From NCBI GenBank assembly GCA_965541615.1, contig CBEUCJ010000005.1, forward strand, positions 110,251-174,250: 64,000 bases of DNA, written 5' to 3'. How positions within the stretch are numbered: position 1 is the stretch's first letter. More model-generated notes on the stretch are below. The model was not told the origin of the DNA, searched no databases, and worked only from the letters and a program-made list of their open reading frames with translations. The DNA itself is not shown here. Origin of the DNA: an uncultured bacterium. Lineage in GTDB: Bacteria > Omnitrophota > Gorgyraeia > Duberdicusellales > CBEUCJ01.

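Noticed and set aside
25939-63297. Linkers as a DNA repeat array (CRISPR- or integron attC-like)
   Set aside because: The nucleotide sequences vary (TCN and AGY codons), no conserved palindrome is visible, spacing is irregular, and there is no cas or integrase gene in the window.
1170-63835. Short + strand ORFs (60-144 aa) in the ORF track, other than cheC at 5372-5989
   Set aside because: They lie antisense to well-supported genes, have no recognisable motifs and show shadow-ORF composition.
63865-63867. TTG start called for the giant ORF
   Set aside because: The frame stays open to the window edge and there is no SD, so this is most likely an internal Leu codon.
23728-64000. Giant ORF as an ordinary operon fused by stop-codon reassignment
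   Set aside because: It is stop-free in the standard code, neighbouring genes end normally in TAA or TGA, and most modules have no Met after the linker.
23728-64000. NRPS/PKS, RTX/MARTX or adhesin identity for the giant protein
   Set aside because: No condensation, adenylation or KS motifs, no GGxGxD repeats and no Ig/cadherin-type repeats were seen in the visible part.
1-64000. rRNA, tRNA, transposase or phage genes
   Set aside because: None were recognised. The window is almost fully occupied by protein-coding frames.

Overview
AT-rich bacterial DNA, almost all coding on the - strand. Positions 1-23654 hold a partial PP-loop tRNA thiolase-like gene and an unannotated 26-aa basic ORF resembling ribosomal protein bL37. 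They also hold two GT2 glycosyltransferases next to an STT3/AglB-type oligosaccharyltransferase, and a chemosensory cluster (cheW, GNAT, three cheC, cheA, comFB-like, cheR, cheY, cheD, cheB, PilZ). Two MCPs, a four-rhodanese exported protein, a porin/lipoprotein group, a radical SAM gene and a TPR gene complete this part. Positions 23728-64000 are one uninterrupted reading frame of more than 13,400 codons that continues past the window edge. It encodes about 35 unrelated enzyme-like or regulatory modules: HPS/PHI, two TreT-like GT4s, several proteases, GGDEF, sigma70-like domains, kinases, nucleotidyltransferases, methyltransferases, LOG, GNAT and TPR. About 40 short Ser-rich S-S-[S/P/A/T]-[I/L/V] linkers separate them. 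I infer a bacterial polyprotein (modular cargo array) that may be proteolytically processed. It shows signs of module turnover: a 914-bp identical internal repeat, an in-frame deleted LOG copy and near-empty linker-to-linker stubs. The gene style is reminiscent of Candidatus Omnitrophota, which is an inference. All family calls come from motifs read by eye, and domain coordinates inside the giant ORF are approximate.
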